From Clostridia bacterium (GTDB lineage: Bacteria; Bacillota; Clostridia; Acetivibrionales; JAFADI01): a DNA stretch of 64,000 nucleotides. The translations under genes were made by a program, and so were the position numbers. The stretch spans positions 37,892 through 101,891 of the forward strand of contig JAOACY010000104.1 in NCBI GenBank assembly GCA_026417615.1, in the 5' to 3' direction. This document shows positions 19,117-29,799 of this stretch, in pieces. The first letter of the stretch is position 1, and every line of letters starts with the position of its first letter. Under the pieces are notes generated by a model that was not told where the DNA came from, searched no databases, and saw only the letters and a list, made by a program, of their open reading frames with translations.

Positions 19117-20128
19117 TCTCTTCCTTCCTTCTCTTTTCCTCAAGAAGTCTGTCCACCTTTACTTCCAGGTCAAGGCCTTCTTTCTCTACTTTAAGATTGA
19201 TAAAAAGCATTGTCATTAAAATCCATATGAAAGGGTAAAAAATCGAGCTTAAAAGCTGGGATGCAACATATCCAAGTATGAATGCTGCTTTCCCGAAGAA
19301 TCCTAGAGCAAAGGAACTCACAGTAACAATAAAAGGAATGAAATAGACCAGTCCTCCCCCGATGGTTAGCGTAAGTACTATCAGCCAGAATCTGCCTTTG
19401 GTAAGCTGCCAGCTTCTGCTTATACCCTTTGCTCCATCTATATCCTCAATTACAACAGCTATCTTTCCAAGCACAAACCTGACGGCGAAATATGCTGTTG
19501 TAATCAGAAAGCCAAGAAAAATCAATATTCCGACAATTACAGCCGCTGCAATCAGAAAAACGGACTGCTCTTTTTGGCCAGCTGCCACTCCAAAAAAAGC
19601 TATTGAAAAGAACACCGCGATAATAACTAAAACAATCAGTGACACAAAATATATGGCACCTACAATAAGCCAGTATATAAGCTTGTTCAGCGCAAGAGGT
19701 CCCATCTTTTTGAAGCTGTTTTTAAGGGTGGGCACTGCCTTTTCGCTGGTTCCTTTAATGACATCCGAATAGACAATTTTAATTATAGCAGCATCCATCA
19801 CCAGCATTATTGTAAAGGAATAGACAATATAAATGAGGTTCATAAGCTGGCTGAGTAAGTAAAAGACCCAGTAGCTTGTCCCGGGATTTTTTGCAAAGTC
19901 TTCAAATTCATTTGGTGATGCAGATATGCCTGAAAAAATATTTTTGAATAACGATCCATACTCAGAAAGCATTCCCCCTGCAAAAAATCCCTGCAGGAGT
20001 GTAAATGGCATATAGCAAATCAGCACCAGCAAGGTTAGCTGGCTGAAGTTCCTCTTATATACTTCGATAGAGTAATCCAGTACATCCCCCAGGGACATTT
20101 TGCTCAAAAATCTTTCCTTATCTCTCAT
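19100..20128 (-). CDS. Multi-pass membrane protein (GDPD-membrane-domain-like) of the MoxR cluster
   Basis: M.LGDVLD....YKRNF, 'VVIE......I.RSW.L.KG.FW' and 'LKV.KEG.DL' motifs with multiple TMs. Confidence 0.75.
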   Translation of the reverse strand: MRDKERFLSKMSLGDVLDYSIEVYKRNFSQLTLLVLICYMPFTLLQGFFAGGMLSEYGSLFKNIFSGISASPNEFEDFAKNPGTSYWVFYLLSQLMNLIYIVYSFTIMLVMDAAIIKIVYSDVIKGTSEKAVPTLKNSFKKMGPLALNKLIYWLIVGAIYFVSLIVLVIIAVFFSIAFFGVAAGQKEQSVFLIAAAVIVGILIFLGFLITTAYFAVRFVLGKIAVVIEDIDGAKGISRSWQLTKGRFWLIVLTLTIGGGLVYFIPFIVTVSSFALGFFGKAAFILGYVASQLLSSIFYPFIWILMTMLFINLKVEKEGLDLEVKVDRLLEEKRRKEENGLLQ

Positions 20129-20210
20129 TAGCCTCTCCTTATAAATATTGAATCCAGAAACTAACATTTATACCATACTAAAATATCACAAGTCGAGAAA
20201 TATTTCAACT

Positions 20211-21428
20211 TTATCTGCCCATACCGAACCAAGCGACAATCAGCTTGAAGAATAGCCTTAGAAAGGAAGCCTTTTCAACCTTGCCTTCAGCTACTACATC
20301 AAATTTCCCAAGCTCCTTGCCTTCTACGGAAAAAATAACCTCACCCAGCTTTTGCCCTTTTTCAACAGGCGCATTTACATTTTCCGGAAGCTTGACTTCC
20401 TTGGCAATGCTGTCCTTCCCTCCTTTAGCAACTACCAGGTTGACATCCCCATCCAATACGGCATTAACCTTTGTATCAAGGCCTTTTTTAACCATTACCT
20501 CCCCGATGCCATCACCCTTGCTGTTTATCTTTGCAACTTCATAATTTGCAAAACCGTAATTCAACAGTTTTTGGACTTCTGCAAACCTAGTATTGGAATC
20601 AGGCGCCCCCAATACAACCGCAATCAGCTGCAGCCCGTTTCTTTCTGCAGAAGCAGACAGGCAGTAGCGCGCAGCATTTGTGAATCCGGTTTTAAGTCCT
20701 GTAGCCCCCTCATAGAACCTGATGAGCTTATTTGTGTTATAAAGACCGATTTCACCCTTTGCTGCACCTTCTCTGAACTTTTTGTTCCACTGGCCGGTAA
20801 ATTCAATCACCTTTGGGTGCTTGACGAGAAGCTCCCTGGACATTAAGGCTATATCGTATGCAGTGCTGTAGTGCCCTTCATCAGTGAGGCCTGTGCAATC
20901 AAGGAAGTTGGTATTCACCATTCCCAATGCCTTTGCCTTTTCATTCATCATGGCTACAAAAGCTTCCTCGCTGCCTGCAATATGTTCGGCAAGAGCCACC
21001 GTGCAATCATTAGCGGAGCCTATGGCAACCGCATACATCATTTCTCTTACAGAAAAGGTCTCCCCTGGTTTTAGCCAAACCTGAGACCCACCCATGCTGT
21101 AAGAATGCTCCGATACTGTGACAATATCGTCATAGCCCAGCCTTCCCTCATCAATAGCCTCCATGATAAGCAGCATTGACATTATCTTGGTCACACTGGC
21201 AATTGGCAATTTTTCGTGGCTGTTCTGCTCCATAAGTACATTGGCGGACTTTGGCTCCATGAGTATTGCAGACTTGGACTTCAATTCGTTTAAATTTGTC
21301 CTGCTGATTATCTTGGTAACGGTTACCGCATCATAAGCATCAACTTGTGCAGCATAAGCAGGAAGAATAATTAAATTTACGGCAAAGCATATTATGAGCA
21401 GAAGGCTTAGTATGCTCTTTCTATTCAC
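20211..21428 (-). CDS. dacF: D-alanyl-D-alanine carboxypeptidase
   Basis: SVTK (SxxK), SAN (SxN) and LKTG motifs, GGSQVWL and a signal peptide; follows pdp. Confidence 0.85.
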   Translation of the reverse strand: MNRKSILSLLLIICFAVNLIILPAYAAQVDAYDAVTVTKIISRTNLNELKSKSAILMEPKSANVLMEQNSHEKLPIASVTKIMSMLLIMEAIDEGRLGYDDIVTVSEHSYSMGGSQVWLKPGETFSVREMMYAVAIGSANDCTVALAEHIAGSEEAFVAMMNEKAKALGMVNTNFLDCTGLTDEGHYSTAYDIALMSRELLVKHPKVIEFTGQWNKKFREGAAKGEIGLYNTNKLIRFYEGATGLKTGFTNAARYCLSASAERNGLQLIAVVLGAPDSNTRFAEVQKLLNYGFANYEVAKINSKGDGIGEVMVKKGLDTKVNAVLDGDVNLVVAKGGKDSIAKEVKLPENVNAPVEKGQKLGEVIFSVEGKELGKFDVVAEGKVEKASFLRLFFKLIVAWFGMGR

Positions 21429-21530
21429 AAGAACCCCTCCCCGGCAATTCTATAGATTTGTCTACATCTAATAAATTGTTATGCCAAAGAGGTCTATTAT
21501 ATGCTGTGTATTTAATACTTCTTAGCTTCA

Positions 21531-21585
21531 ACTGCAAAGCCCGTTTTCGGATATTTCCATGAAATCACTAACACCTTGTATTGCA
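21531..21585. repeat. Partial copy (right arm) of the 195-bp element, overlapping the pdp stop codon
   Basis: ATGAAATCACTAACACCTTGT (21559-21579) is identical to the reverse complement of the element's right arm. Confidence 0.85.
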
Positions 21586-22905
21586 CGTCCTTTTCACACC
21601 ATATGAGTCAACATAAGCTAAAATCAAAGGCTTTTGAGCGGGACTTGCCTGCGAAATGTTAATAGCGCTTTTTAATATGGAAATTGACTCTTTTATTTTT
21701 TCTTTATTATTGGTATATAATGTGGCTATGGTATCTCCTCTGGTGACTCTCATCCCTGTCTTTTTATAAAGCATTATCCCCGCGGAGTAGTCGATCGGGC
21801 TTTCTTTTGTTTCCCTTCCCGCACCAAGAACAAGGGATGCTGTTCCTAGCAAATCTGTTTTTACAGAATGTATATATCCATCCTCCTCAGCTATGAAATT
21901 AGCAATGCCGCAAGCCTGAGGGAACAGTCCGTAGTCTGACAATACACCCAGGTTTCCGCCCTGAGCTTCAATCATATCGCCAAGCTTTGCAAGCGCACTG
22001 CCGTTTTCAACGCATGCTTTTGCCATTTCAAGACATTTGCTCCGTTCGCCCTTTCCTGCAAGCTGAAGCATTTTTGCAGCCAGCTCAAAGGATACCTCCT
22101 GCAGATCCTTTGGACCATTGCCCTTTAACGTCTCTATTGCCTCAATAACTTCAAGAGAGTTTCCAATTGCATTGCCCAAAGGAATGTCCATTTCCGTTAT
22201 AATGGCAGCAGTTTTTCTGCCGATACGCTCTCCTATATCAACCATAGCTTTCGCAAGCTCCACAGCCTGGTCAAGAGTCTTCATGAAGGCTCCGCTTCCT
22301 GTTTTTACATCCAGCACAATGCAATCAGCACCGGAAGCTATTTTTTTACTCATAATACTGCTTGCGATCAAAGACAGATTGTTTATTGTTGCCGTAACAT
22401 CCCTTAGTGCATACAGCTTCTTGTCAGCAGGGGCAAGATTCCCTGTCTGTCCTGCGATAGCTATCCCAAGCCTTTTTACATTTCTAATAAATTCCTCCCG
22501 CGTCAGTGATGTGTTGAAACCGGGTATTGCTTCAAGCTTGTCTATTGTGCCGCCGGTATGCCCAAGGCCCCTTCCGGACATCTTTGCGACAGGTACTCCG
22601 CATGCAGCAACAATAGGAGCAAGGATCAGAGTTGTCTTGTCTCCGACTCCTCCCGTGCTGTGCTTGTCAACCTTGATTCCGGGAATTTCCGACAAATCCA
22701 CACGATCACCTGAATTGGCCATGATTTCTGTCAGATCAGCAGTTTCACGCTGATTCATACCCCTGATGAATATAGCCATCAAAAGAGCAGAGGCCTGATA
22801 ATCGGGGATGCTGCCGTCGCAATAGCCTTTTATAAAAAAACTGATTTCCTCGTAGCTTAGCTCCCTGCCATCCCTTTTCTTTTCAATGATATCATACATT
22901 CTCAT
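21568..22905 (-). CDS. pdp: Pyrimidine-nucleoside phosphorylase
   Basis: Motifs [38 protein letters not shown] and SIMSKKIA. Confidence 0.95.
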   Translation of the reverse strand: MRMYDIIEKKRDGRELSYEEISFFIKGYCDGSIPDYQASALLMAIFIRGMNQRETADLTEIMANSGDRVDLSEIPGIKVDKHSTGGVGDKTTLILAPIVAACGVPVAKMSGRGLGHTGGTIDKLEAIPGFNTSLTREEFIRNVKRLGIAIAGQTGNLAPADKKLYALRDVTATINNLSLIASSIMSKKIASGADCIVLDVKTGSGAFMKTLDQAVELAKAMVDIGERIGRKTAAIITEMDIPLGNAIGNSLEVIEAIETLKGNGPKDLQEVSFELAAKMLQLAGKGERSKCLEMAKACVENGSALAKLGDMIEAQGGNLGVLSDYGLFPQACGIANFIAEEDGYIHSVKTDLLGTASLVLGAGRETKESPIDYSAGIMLYKKTGMRVTRGDTIATLYTNNKEKIKESISILKSAINISQASPAQKPLILAYVDSYGVKRTCNTRC

Positions 22906-24070
22906 GGCATACCTCTTTCAAAAAGCTTGTACCATTTGCAAGCTCTTCCGTTCCAAGATATTGCGCCACAGTTGCAGCTATGTCGGCAAAGGTTTTCCTG
23001 GTTCCTAAGTTTACACCTTTTTTAAGGCCTTTTCCATATACCAGCAAAGGAACATATTCCCGGGAATGGTCGGTGCTTTCTGTCGTAGGATCACAGCCAT
23101 GATCAGCTGTAATTATCAGAATATCCTCTTCCTGAAGGCGTTCTATAATCTCCGGCAGACGTGAATCAAACTCCATAAGGGAATCTGCATAACCCTTTAC
23201 ATTGTTCCTGTGTCCATATATCATGTCAAAATCAACGAGATTTGTGAATAGTATGCCTTCAAACCGCTCTTTAATATACTCAAGGGTTCTGTCAACACCG
23301 TCCATGTTGCTATGTGTATGTATATGCTCTGTAATTCCCCTGTTATTGAATATATCAACTATCTTGCCCACAGCTTTCACCTTAAGGCCTTTTTTAACAG
23401 CTAAATCAAGGATTGTAATACCTGTCGGATCAAGAGAAAAGTCATGCCGCCTGTCTGTTCTATTATAATTTCCCGATGAGCCTGCAAATGGCCTTGCAAT
23501 AACCCTTCCAACCGCATGCTCTCCAGATAGCAGCTTGCGGGCTGTTTCACACATTTCATAAAGCTTGTCAATCGGAATGACTTCTTCATGGGCTGCAATC
23601 TGGAATACACTGTCAGCAGAGGTATAAACAATCGGATATCCTGTCCTTACATGCTGATCTCCTAACTGCTTAATAATCTCGGTGCCTGAAGCAGGATAAT
23701 TCCCAATGGTTTTAGTGCCTATAGCCTTTTCAAAGCTTTCAATCACATCTTTTGGAAAGCCATTCGGGTATACCGGAAACGGACGGTCGAGAATAATTCC
23801 TGCTATCTCCCAGTGGCCTGTTGTTGTATCCTTTCCGGCAGACATCTCAGCCATCCTTCCAAAACAGCCCTGAGGCAAAGCCGAAGGGTCAAATCCGCTT
23901 ATATTGTCTATATTGCCAAGTCCCAGCATCTCCATGTTTGGCAGTCTTAAGTTTTTTACTTCTTTTGCAATATTTCCAAGGGTATTGCTTCCTTCGTCAC
24001 CGTATTTTCCGGCATCAGGCAGCTCCCCCATACCAACGCTGTCCAAAACTATGATTATTGCACGTTTCAT
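22892..24070 (-). CDS. deoB: Phosphopentomutase
   Basis: Motifs [39 protein letters not shown] and TADHGCDP. Confidence 0.95.
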   Translation of the reverse strand: MKRAIIIVLDSVGMGELPDAGKYGDEGSNTLGNIAKEVKNLRLPNMEMLGLGNIDNISGFDPSALPQGCFGRMAEMSAGKDTTTGHWEIAGIILDRPFPVYPNGFPKDVIESFEKAIGTKTIGNYPASGTEIIKQLGDQHVRTGYPIVYTSADSVFQIAAHEEVIPIDKLYEMCETARKLLSGEHAVGRVIARPFAGSSGNYNRTDRRHDFSLDPTGITILDLAVKKGLKVKAVGKIVDIFNNRGITEHIHTHSNMDGVDRTLEYIKERFEGILFTNLVDFDMIYGHRNNVKGYADSLMEFDSRLPEIIERLQEEDILIITADHGCDPTTESTDHSREYVPLLVYGKGLKKGVNLGTRKTFADIAATVAQYLGTEELANGTSFLKEVCHENV

Positions 24071-24106
24071 TTGCGTACCTCCTGAAATTTTTTATCTTGT
24101 TAATGA

Positions 24107-24164
24107 ATCTGCTGCAACAGAGGTGAGTGATTTACTCATCTTGTTTAAAGATTTTGCAGTGGAT
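24107..24164. repeat. Internally deleted copy of the 195-bp element retaining both ends
   Basis: AGGTGAGTGATTT..TCATCTTGTTT matches the reverse complement of the left arm; ends ATCTGCTGCAA / TTGCAGTGGAT are inverted. Confidence 0.75.
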
Positions 24165-24267
24165 TTCATTAATGTATTTTACCATAATTAATCATATTTT
24201 AAGTAAAATAGGCAAAAAAAAAGAACGAACATGCTGTCCGCTCCTGTTTCTGCCTTTTTAATTGTTT

Positions 24268-25152
24268 TTACGCCCTGGGGTGGGTTTTTTTATATATTTC
24301 TTTTATCTTATTTTTAGCAATCTGCGCATAGATTTGGGTAGAGGAAATATCCGAATGCCCCAGCATTTCCTGAATGGATCTCAAATCAGCACCATTTTCA
24401 AGGAGATGTGCTGCAAAAGAATGCCGCAGTGTATGAGGAGTTATATCCTTACTAATCTGCGCCTGATTTTTGTACTGCTTTATTATTTTCCAAAAGCCCT
24501 GCCTGGTCAGCCTTTTTCCGTTGATATTAACAAAAAGTGCTTTTTCATTATTGTTTTGAAGCAGAAGTCCTCTTGCTTTACTTATGTACTCCTGCAACGC
24601 GGTAAGAGCAATGGAACCGATAGGTATCACTCTTTCTCTTGCGCCCTTGTTGCACCTTATGTATCCTGCCTCAAGGTTCACGTCAGACATATCAAGGGAG
24701 ATAAGCTCTGTTACCCTTATACCGGTTGCATAAAGCAGCTCCAGCATCGCTTTATCTCTAAACCCCTTAAGGTCAACACATTTTGGCTGCTCCAGAAGCA
24801 GCTCCACTTCCTGTGTTGACAAAATCTGCGGAAGCTTCTTCTCTACCTTAGGAGATTCCAGATCGGATGTAGGATCATTTTCAATGAGCTTATTCTTTGC
24901 AGAATACTGATAGAAGGACCTGATTGAAGCAAGGTTTCGCGAAATAGTTGAAGTAGCTCGACCTTTCTTCTGCAGGTGGAGAAGATAAGCAATAACAGTT
25001 GTTTTATTGGTGTTGCTGATATTGTTAAGGTTCAATTCGCTCAAATAGGAGATGTATTGCTCAATATCCCTTTTGTATGACTGAAGAGTATTATTCGACA
25101 GCCTCTTATCTTTCTCTAGAAAATTAATAAATTTTTGTACTAAAGCTTCCAT
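24268..25152 (-). CDS. xerD: Site-specific tyrosine recombinase XerD
   Basis: RDKAMLELLYATGIRVTE, TPHTLRHSFA.HLL.NGADLR.IQE.LGH.DISSTQIY; in the nudF-spoIIM-xerD-deoB context. Confidence 0.93.
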   Translation of the reverse strand: MEALVQKFINFLEKDKRLSNNTLQSYKRDIEQYISYLSELNLNNISNTNKTTVIAYLLHLQKKGRATSTISRNLASIRSFYQYSAKNKLIENDPTSDLESPKVEKKLPQILSTQEVELLLEQPKCVDLKGFRDKAMLELLYATGIRVTELISLDMSDVNLEAGYIRCNKGARERVIPIGSIALTALQEYISKARGLLLQNNNEKALFVNINGKRLTRQGFWKIIKQYKNQAQISKDITPHTLRHSFAAHLLENGADLRSIQEMLGHSDISSTQIYAQIAKNKIKEIYKKTHPRA

Positions 25153-25416
25153 TAACCAACTACCCCTTTTGTTTCTGTTAAATTAGTTTATTCATAATTT
25201 TATTGAATTTTCAATTTTATTCCATAGATAGATTGTAATATATTTCTAATCGTTTTTAAAGAAAATTTTGCTATAATTTATAAAATAATCTGATATTTTG
25301 TAATAATATTCTAATATTAAGCATAATACAATTAAAATTCTATAAATTTAATATTTTGTTTTTTTATGTAATCGTAATTTATTTGTATTATTAACGTATA
25401 ATACCATAAATATACA

Positions 25417-26058
25417 TTAATTTGCAATAATTGGTGAAATAATTCTTATAACCACAGGTGTAATATATGCCTCCAGAAAAATCCCTCCAAGTATGAAGCA
25501 GGAATAGAACAATGTAACAAAACAATAGGCCAGAAAGCTGGTTCTAAGGCTTTCCTTGAAAAGATGCTTTGCAGACCTGCTTTTTATTATATTTAGAGAA
25601 AAGTTTATCCCATTTACACCCAGAGCAATAATGCACGGGACAAATATAATTTCCTTTGGGAACAGAGTTAATAATGTAAACAGAACACCTTTAAATCCCA
25701 AGGCTTCAACAAGAAAGCCTGATGCAAAGCCTGTTATGAAGCCGCGTATTCCGATAATGAGATAAATAAACGGTATTCCGATGATTGTAACACCAAGTAT
25801 CCACAATACGGCAACTATTTTTAAATTTTCCATCATAGACAGCTTTAACAGTTCTACATTATCAACCTGCTGGTTATCAAAAAGCTGTAGAAAGCCTTGG
25901 AAATAATGGGTAAGCTCATCTCTCTGCATAGCGCTTAGTCCATTTACAGTGAAAGCCCCCGCAGAAAGCCCTGTGATAAAGACAAGGAACAATGCAAAAT
26001 AGGTGCTTGAGTTGTTCTTTACATGTTTTACGAGCATGTTGCCAATTTTAGAGAGCAA
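25417..26058 (-). CDS. spoIIM: Stage II sporulation protein M
   Basis: LG.TIIGIP......RGF..GF, 'P.EII.VP' and 'EAYITP' motifs; between nudF and xerD. Confidence 0.9.
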   Translation of the reverse strand: MLSKIGNMLVKHVKNNSSTYFALFLVFITGLSAGAFTVNGLSAMQRDELTHYFQGFLQLFDNQQVDNVELLKLSMMENLKIVAVLWILGVTIIGIPFIYLIIGIRGFITGFASGFLVEALGFKGVLFTLLTLFPKEIIFVPCIIALGVNGINFSLNIIKSRSAKHLFKESLRTSFLAYCFVTLFYSCFILGGIFLEAYITPVVIRIISPIIAN

Positions 26059-26162
26059 GCTTATTTCCCCTTTGCCATAATTTCGCCTATTATGATTCTA
26101 TGCCCGTTAAAAATAAAAAATTACAACACAGGTGTACTGTAATTTTTAAAAGTCAACATGCC

Positions 26163-26711
26163 CTAAAATTTGATTGCTCCCTTTATTATCTTATCTGCCA
26201 TCAATATCCCTATTATACTCTTTGCGTCTGTTATTTCACCCTTCAGCACCATGGCAAGCAGTTCATCCACCTTATATTTTTCTGTAGATAAAAACTCATC
26301 TTCATCGGTGCAGGACTCTCCTTCTTCCAGCCCTGTTGCCACATACATATGCAGCAATTCATTGCAAAAGCCCGGAGTGGTGTTGAAGCTCAGCACATGT
26401 CTGATTTGCGCCGCCCTAAGCCCTGTTTCCTCTCTTAGCTCCCTTTTCGCACATTCTGCCGGGTCTTCGCCCTGATCAAGCTTTCCTGCCGGAAGCTCAA
26501 GCGAAAATGCTTCCAATGGCTTTCGAAACTGTCTTACCATATAGACCTCGCCGTTTTCGTTTATAGGTATCACAAACGCACCTCCCGGATGAAGCACTAT
26601 GTCTCGCTTTGCAGTTTTCCCATTTGGAAGGATAACCTCGTGTACCTCCACATCTATTACTGCTCCATTAAAAACTTTTCTTTTTGAAATGGTTTTTTCC
26701 TCGTAGTTCAT
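26163..26711 (-). CDS. nudF: ADP-ribose pyrophosphatase (Nudix)
   Basis: Nudix box PAGKLD.GE.P.ECAKRELREETG, plus QFR.P and TPGF.NE. Confidence 0.9.
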   Translation of the reverse strand: MNYEEKTISKRKVFNGAVIDVEVHEVILPNGKTAKRDIVLHPGGAFVIPINENGEVYMVRQFRKPLEAFSLELPAGKLDQGEDPAECAKRELREETGLRAAQIRHVLSFNTTPGFCNELLHMYVATGLEEGESCTDEDEFLSTEKYKVDELLAMVLKGEITDAKSIIGILMADKIIKGAIKF

Positions 26712-26724
26712 TTAAATCCTCCAA

Positions 26725-27177
26725 TCAGCCCTGAGCTTCCTTTTTGCGTTTTTTTATTTCGTCAACGGCCAGCTTGTCACACCTGTTATTAAATTCATTG
26801 TCAGAATGGCCCTTAACTTTAATCCATTTTATTGAGTGTATTTTATTAAGCCTGTCCAGTTCCTGCCACAAATCAATATTTTTTACCGGATCTTTGCCAG
26901 CCGTTATCCAACCGTTGCGTTTCCAGTTGTAAATCCAGCCCTTTTCAAAACCGCTTATCAAATAAGCACTGTCGCTGTAAAGCTCAACCTCGCAAGGAGC
27001 TTTTAAAGCTTTCAGTCCTTCTATGGCAGCTATCATCTCCATTCTATTGTTTGTTGTCTCGTCCTCAGAACCAGTCAATATCTTCTCATGCTCCCCATAC
27101 TTAAGTATGGCTGCCCATCCTCCCATTCCAGGGTTTCCAGAGCAGGCTCCGTCCGTGTATATTATAACCCTTTTCAC
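26725..27177 (-). CDS. rnhA: Ribonuclease HI
   Basis: Motifs YTDGACSGNPG.GGW, TTNNRME, DSAY and KVKGHSDN..N.RCD.LA. Confidence 0.95.
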   Translation of the reverse strand: MKRVIIYTDGACSGNPGMGGWAAILKYGEHEKILTGSEDETTNNRMEMIAAIEGLKALKAPCEVELYSDSAYLISGFEKGWIYNWKRNGWITAGKDPVKNIDLWQELDRLNKIHSIKWIKVKGHSDNEFNNRCDKLAVDEIKKRKKEAQG

Positions 27178-27204
27178 AAGCCTCTCCTTATTCTTATTTC
27201 TTTA

Positions 27205-28023
27205 TTATTTCCCATAAGCTTCGGCTATCTCCCTTGCCCTTTTTGTGCATTCTCTCATTGCATCCATGACAGCATATCTGAATCCATTTTTTTCTAAAGC
27301 CGCTACGGCTTCAATGGTCGTTCCTGAAGGGGAACATACCTGATCCTTCAACTCGCCAGGATGCTTATCCGTTTCCAGAACCATCTTCGCTGAACCAAGT
27401 AGTGCCTGGGCTGCAAGCTTATATGCCAGCTTTCTCGGAATTCCAGACTGCACGGCTGCATCAGCCATAGCTTCAATAAACATATATACATAAGCTGGAC
27501 TGCTGCCTGTAAGGGCTGTTACCTCGCTCATCAGCTTTTCCTCAAGAAACTCTACCTTTCCAATGCATTCAAAAAGCTTTTTAACCTCTGATATTTCTTC
27601 TGCACCAATACTGTTATCGAAGGAAATCAAAGTCATTCCTTCTCCGACCAAAGCTGGTGTATTTGGCATTGTCCTTATTATTTTGCTGCCATTGCCCAAT
27701 ATGCTTTTATAAAAGCTGATTGGTATGCCTACTGCAATAGAAACAAGAATTTTTGCCTCGTTAAATGCGGTTTTGCAATTCTCCAGTACATTTTTTATGA
27801 CATTTGGTTTAACTGCAAGAATAATAATGTCGCTTTCTTCTACTACCTTCAGGCTGCTTTCCTGCAAATTGATATCGATTTCTTTTTTTAATTCCTCCAG
27901 CTTAAACATATCCAAATCATATATGTATATATTTCCCGCCGGAACAATGCCTGACCTTGCGATGCTTTTAATCATAGCGGCCCCCATATTCCCCGCTCCA
28001 ATAAAGCCTAGCTTTATATTCAT
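27205..28023 (-). CDS. proC: Pyrroline-5-carboxylate reductase
   Basis: Motifs GFIGAGNMG, AVKP, RTMPNTP, GSSPAY and VCSPSGTTI. Confidence 0.95.
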   Translation of the reverse strand: MNIKLGFIGAGNMGAAMIKSIARSGIVPAGNIYIYDLDMFKLEELKKEIDINLQESSLKVVEESDIIILAVKPNVIKNVLENCKTAFNEAKILVSIAVGIPISFYKSILGNGSKIIRTMPNTPALVGEGMTLISFDNSIGAEEISEVKKLFECIGKVEFLEEKLMSEVTALTGSSPAYVYMFIEAMADAAVQSGIPRKLAYKLAAQALLGSAKMVLETDKHPGELKDQVCSPSGTTIEAVAALEKNGFRYAVMDAMRECTKRAREIAEAYGK

Positions 28024-28153
28024 ATCAAAATCCTCCTGAATGATGAGTATAAATTTCAATTACCATATTACCACAAAATTTATTTAAATCCATATTTTTT
28101 TAGCTTTTAGATGGAAATATGAGATAATTTAGATTCTTACTACAATTTACCCG

Positions 28154-28182
28154 TTGACACATATTTTTCGCTAGTGTATACT
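28154..28182 (+). promoter_or_regulatory. SigA promoter of tRNA-Trp
   Basis: TTGACA-17 nt-TATACT, 12 nt upstream of the tRNA. Confidence 0.85.
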
Positions 28183-28194
28183 AGTAAAGCGCGT

Positions 28195-28269
28195 AGGGGA
28201 GTAGTTCAATGGTAGAGCAACGGTCTCCAAAACCGTGTGTTGCGTGTTCGAGTCGCGTCTCCCCTGCCA
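28195..28269 (+). tRNA. tRNA-Trp(CCA)
   Basis: Acceptor stem AGGGGAG/CTCCCCT, anticodon arm ACGGT-CTCCAAA-ACCGT, GTTCGAGTC T-loop and encoded CCA end. Confidence 0.95.
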
Positions 28270-28273
28270 GTAT

Positions 28274-28305
28274 AAACCGCTAACCGTAAGGGTTGGCGGT
28301 TTTTT
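28274..28305 (+). terminator. Terminator of tRNA-Trp
   Basis: AAACCGCTAACC-gtaa-GGGTTGGCGGTTTTTT. Confidence 0.85.
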
Positions 28306-28651
28306 ATAATGAATTTCAAAATAAAAAGACACCCTTATGGGTGTCTCACAACAAAATCTAAATTTAACTTTTTTTTGGGTCTTATGCCCAAGGCTATATT
28401 CCTTTGCTGTCCACAACCGCTGCATTGTAATGTGTACTTGCTTACCACAATGCGTCTGTCTGAAACGCTCCTTAACTCAGAATGCTTTTCTTTACAACAG
28501 CTTAAGCAGAAATCAGCCATATGTTCCCCCCGTATTCTATTTTTTATGTGCCACTCAATTTATCGACCTGTCTTCACAGAAAAGGTCTTTTTTTTATTAT
28601 ACCATGTCTTTTTAATAATTCCATATAAATTTTAATTTTACAATTCCAAGC

Positions 28652-29764
28652 CTAGCACCTGGTTGGATTTTTTTCAGTTGCCTTCCTGCTTTTTTTTATA
28701 CGTGCTGCCATTAGTATTATTATAGTCAATCCAAACGACAATATCCAGGACCATCTTCTGAAATATTGAGAATCTATCTGGATTGAAGCCATAAGACTTG
28801 GGGACAACAGGGCAATAGTTGATACAATTGCAGCAAAGGGTAAAGCTAGAGGTCTTGAATACTCAAGCCTGAAGGTTTTTCTGAAAACCTCAAGGCAGAA
28901 GTAAAATGCCACAGATATATATAAAAGTCCTGCCCCGGCCCAGATAAACACAAACACCGATTCAATCCTTTGGAAGAACCTGCCGTAATCAATAAGCCTT
29001 GACATTGGATATATCGGAAGGATTCTTTCCAGTGCTACGGGATATGTCATTACTCCGATGTATGTTATTGCCCCTGTTAACAGAAAAAAGCATGAAAATC
29101 CAAGAGCCGTATATCCTGATATTTTTAAATTCCTGTTGGATCTTAAATATGGAGCCATAAGGAATAGAAGTATCAATTCTGCAAAAATCGATAGCCTGCT
29201 AAAGCCTTTTATAAAAATTTCATACGGACCTGTGCCAAGAACAGGCAAAATGTTTTCAAACCGGAACAACGGCAATACTGCAAGTAAAATAATCAAATAC
29301 CCTGTGGCGATAACCGGCACATAGATGGAATGCAGCCTCACAAGAGACTCAAGTCCGGTTTTGGCCGATACCAGCATGCCTGTTACAAAAAATAACATTA
29401 CATAGCTTATTGGTGAAATGCTAAGACTTATAATTTTCAGGTTCTCTGCGTACAGCCTTAGATGATATGCAGTAAAGTATAGCATAAGCAGAGTAAGCAC
29501 AATGCCCGCTGCTACCCTGCCTGTGTTGCCGGCCGCCAATTCCGCAAGCTCAATAGGGTCCTTTCCCTCAAAGCCCTTGTAAAGACCTGATATTATATAG
29601 AAACCAATAAAGGCAAGAATTGAAATATAAATCGTCAGCAACCAGGAAGCCGTACCAGCATCCTCAACCATAAATCTGGGAAAGCTTATGAAGATTTTTG
29701 TGCAAATCATATTTATTATAACTGTAATTGCTTCCCAATTTCCAAATACAATTTTCTTGTTCAT
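28652..29764 (-). CDS. Spore germination permease, GerAB/GerKB family
   Basis: About 10 TMs with 'DAG..SW', 'F.N.LP', 'FFQRIES.F...W'; part of the ger operon. Confidence 0.88.
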   Translation of the reverse strand: MNKKIVFGNWEAITVIINMICTKIFISFPRFMVEDAGTASWLLTIYISILAFIGFYIISGLYKGFEGKDPIELAELAAGNTGRVAAGIVLTLLMLYFTAYHLRLYAENLKIISLSISPISYVMLFFVTGMLVSAKTGLESLVRLHSIYVPVIATGYLIILLAVLPLFRFENILPVLGTGPYEIFIKGFSRLSIFAELILLFLMAPYLRSNRNLKISGYTALGFSCFFLLTGAITYIGVMTYPVALERILPIYPMSRLIDYGRFFQRIESVFVFIWAGAGLLYISVAFYFCLEVFRKTFRLEYSRPLALPFAAIVSTIALLSPSLMASIQIDSQYFRRWSWILSFGLTIIILMAARIKKSRKATEKNPTRC

Positions 29765-29799
29765 TTTTACTCCTTTATTACTATCAATAAGTATAAATA

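Noticed and set aside
24268-25152. Tyrosine recombinase as a possible mobile-element integrase
   Set aside because: Sequence and nudF-spoIIM-xerD-deoB-pdp context match housekeeping XerD.
25153-25416. Very AT-rich 260-bp gap as a possible origin or sRNA
   Set aside because: No DnaA-box cluster, repeats or stable hairpin seen.
28171-28635. Cys-containing short ORFs around tRNA-Trp
   Set aside because: They overlap the tRNA, terminator or each other and have no convincing RBS.
28651-28665. gerB end (...PTRC*) resembling the repeat-derived pdp end (...NTRC*)
   Set aside because: Only about 10 of 13 nt match and flanking bases do not align to the repeat; probably chance.
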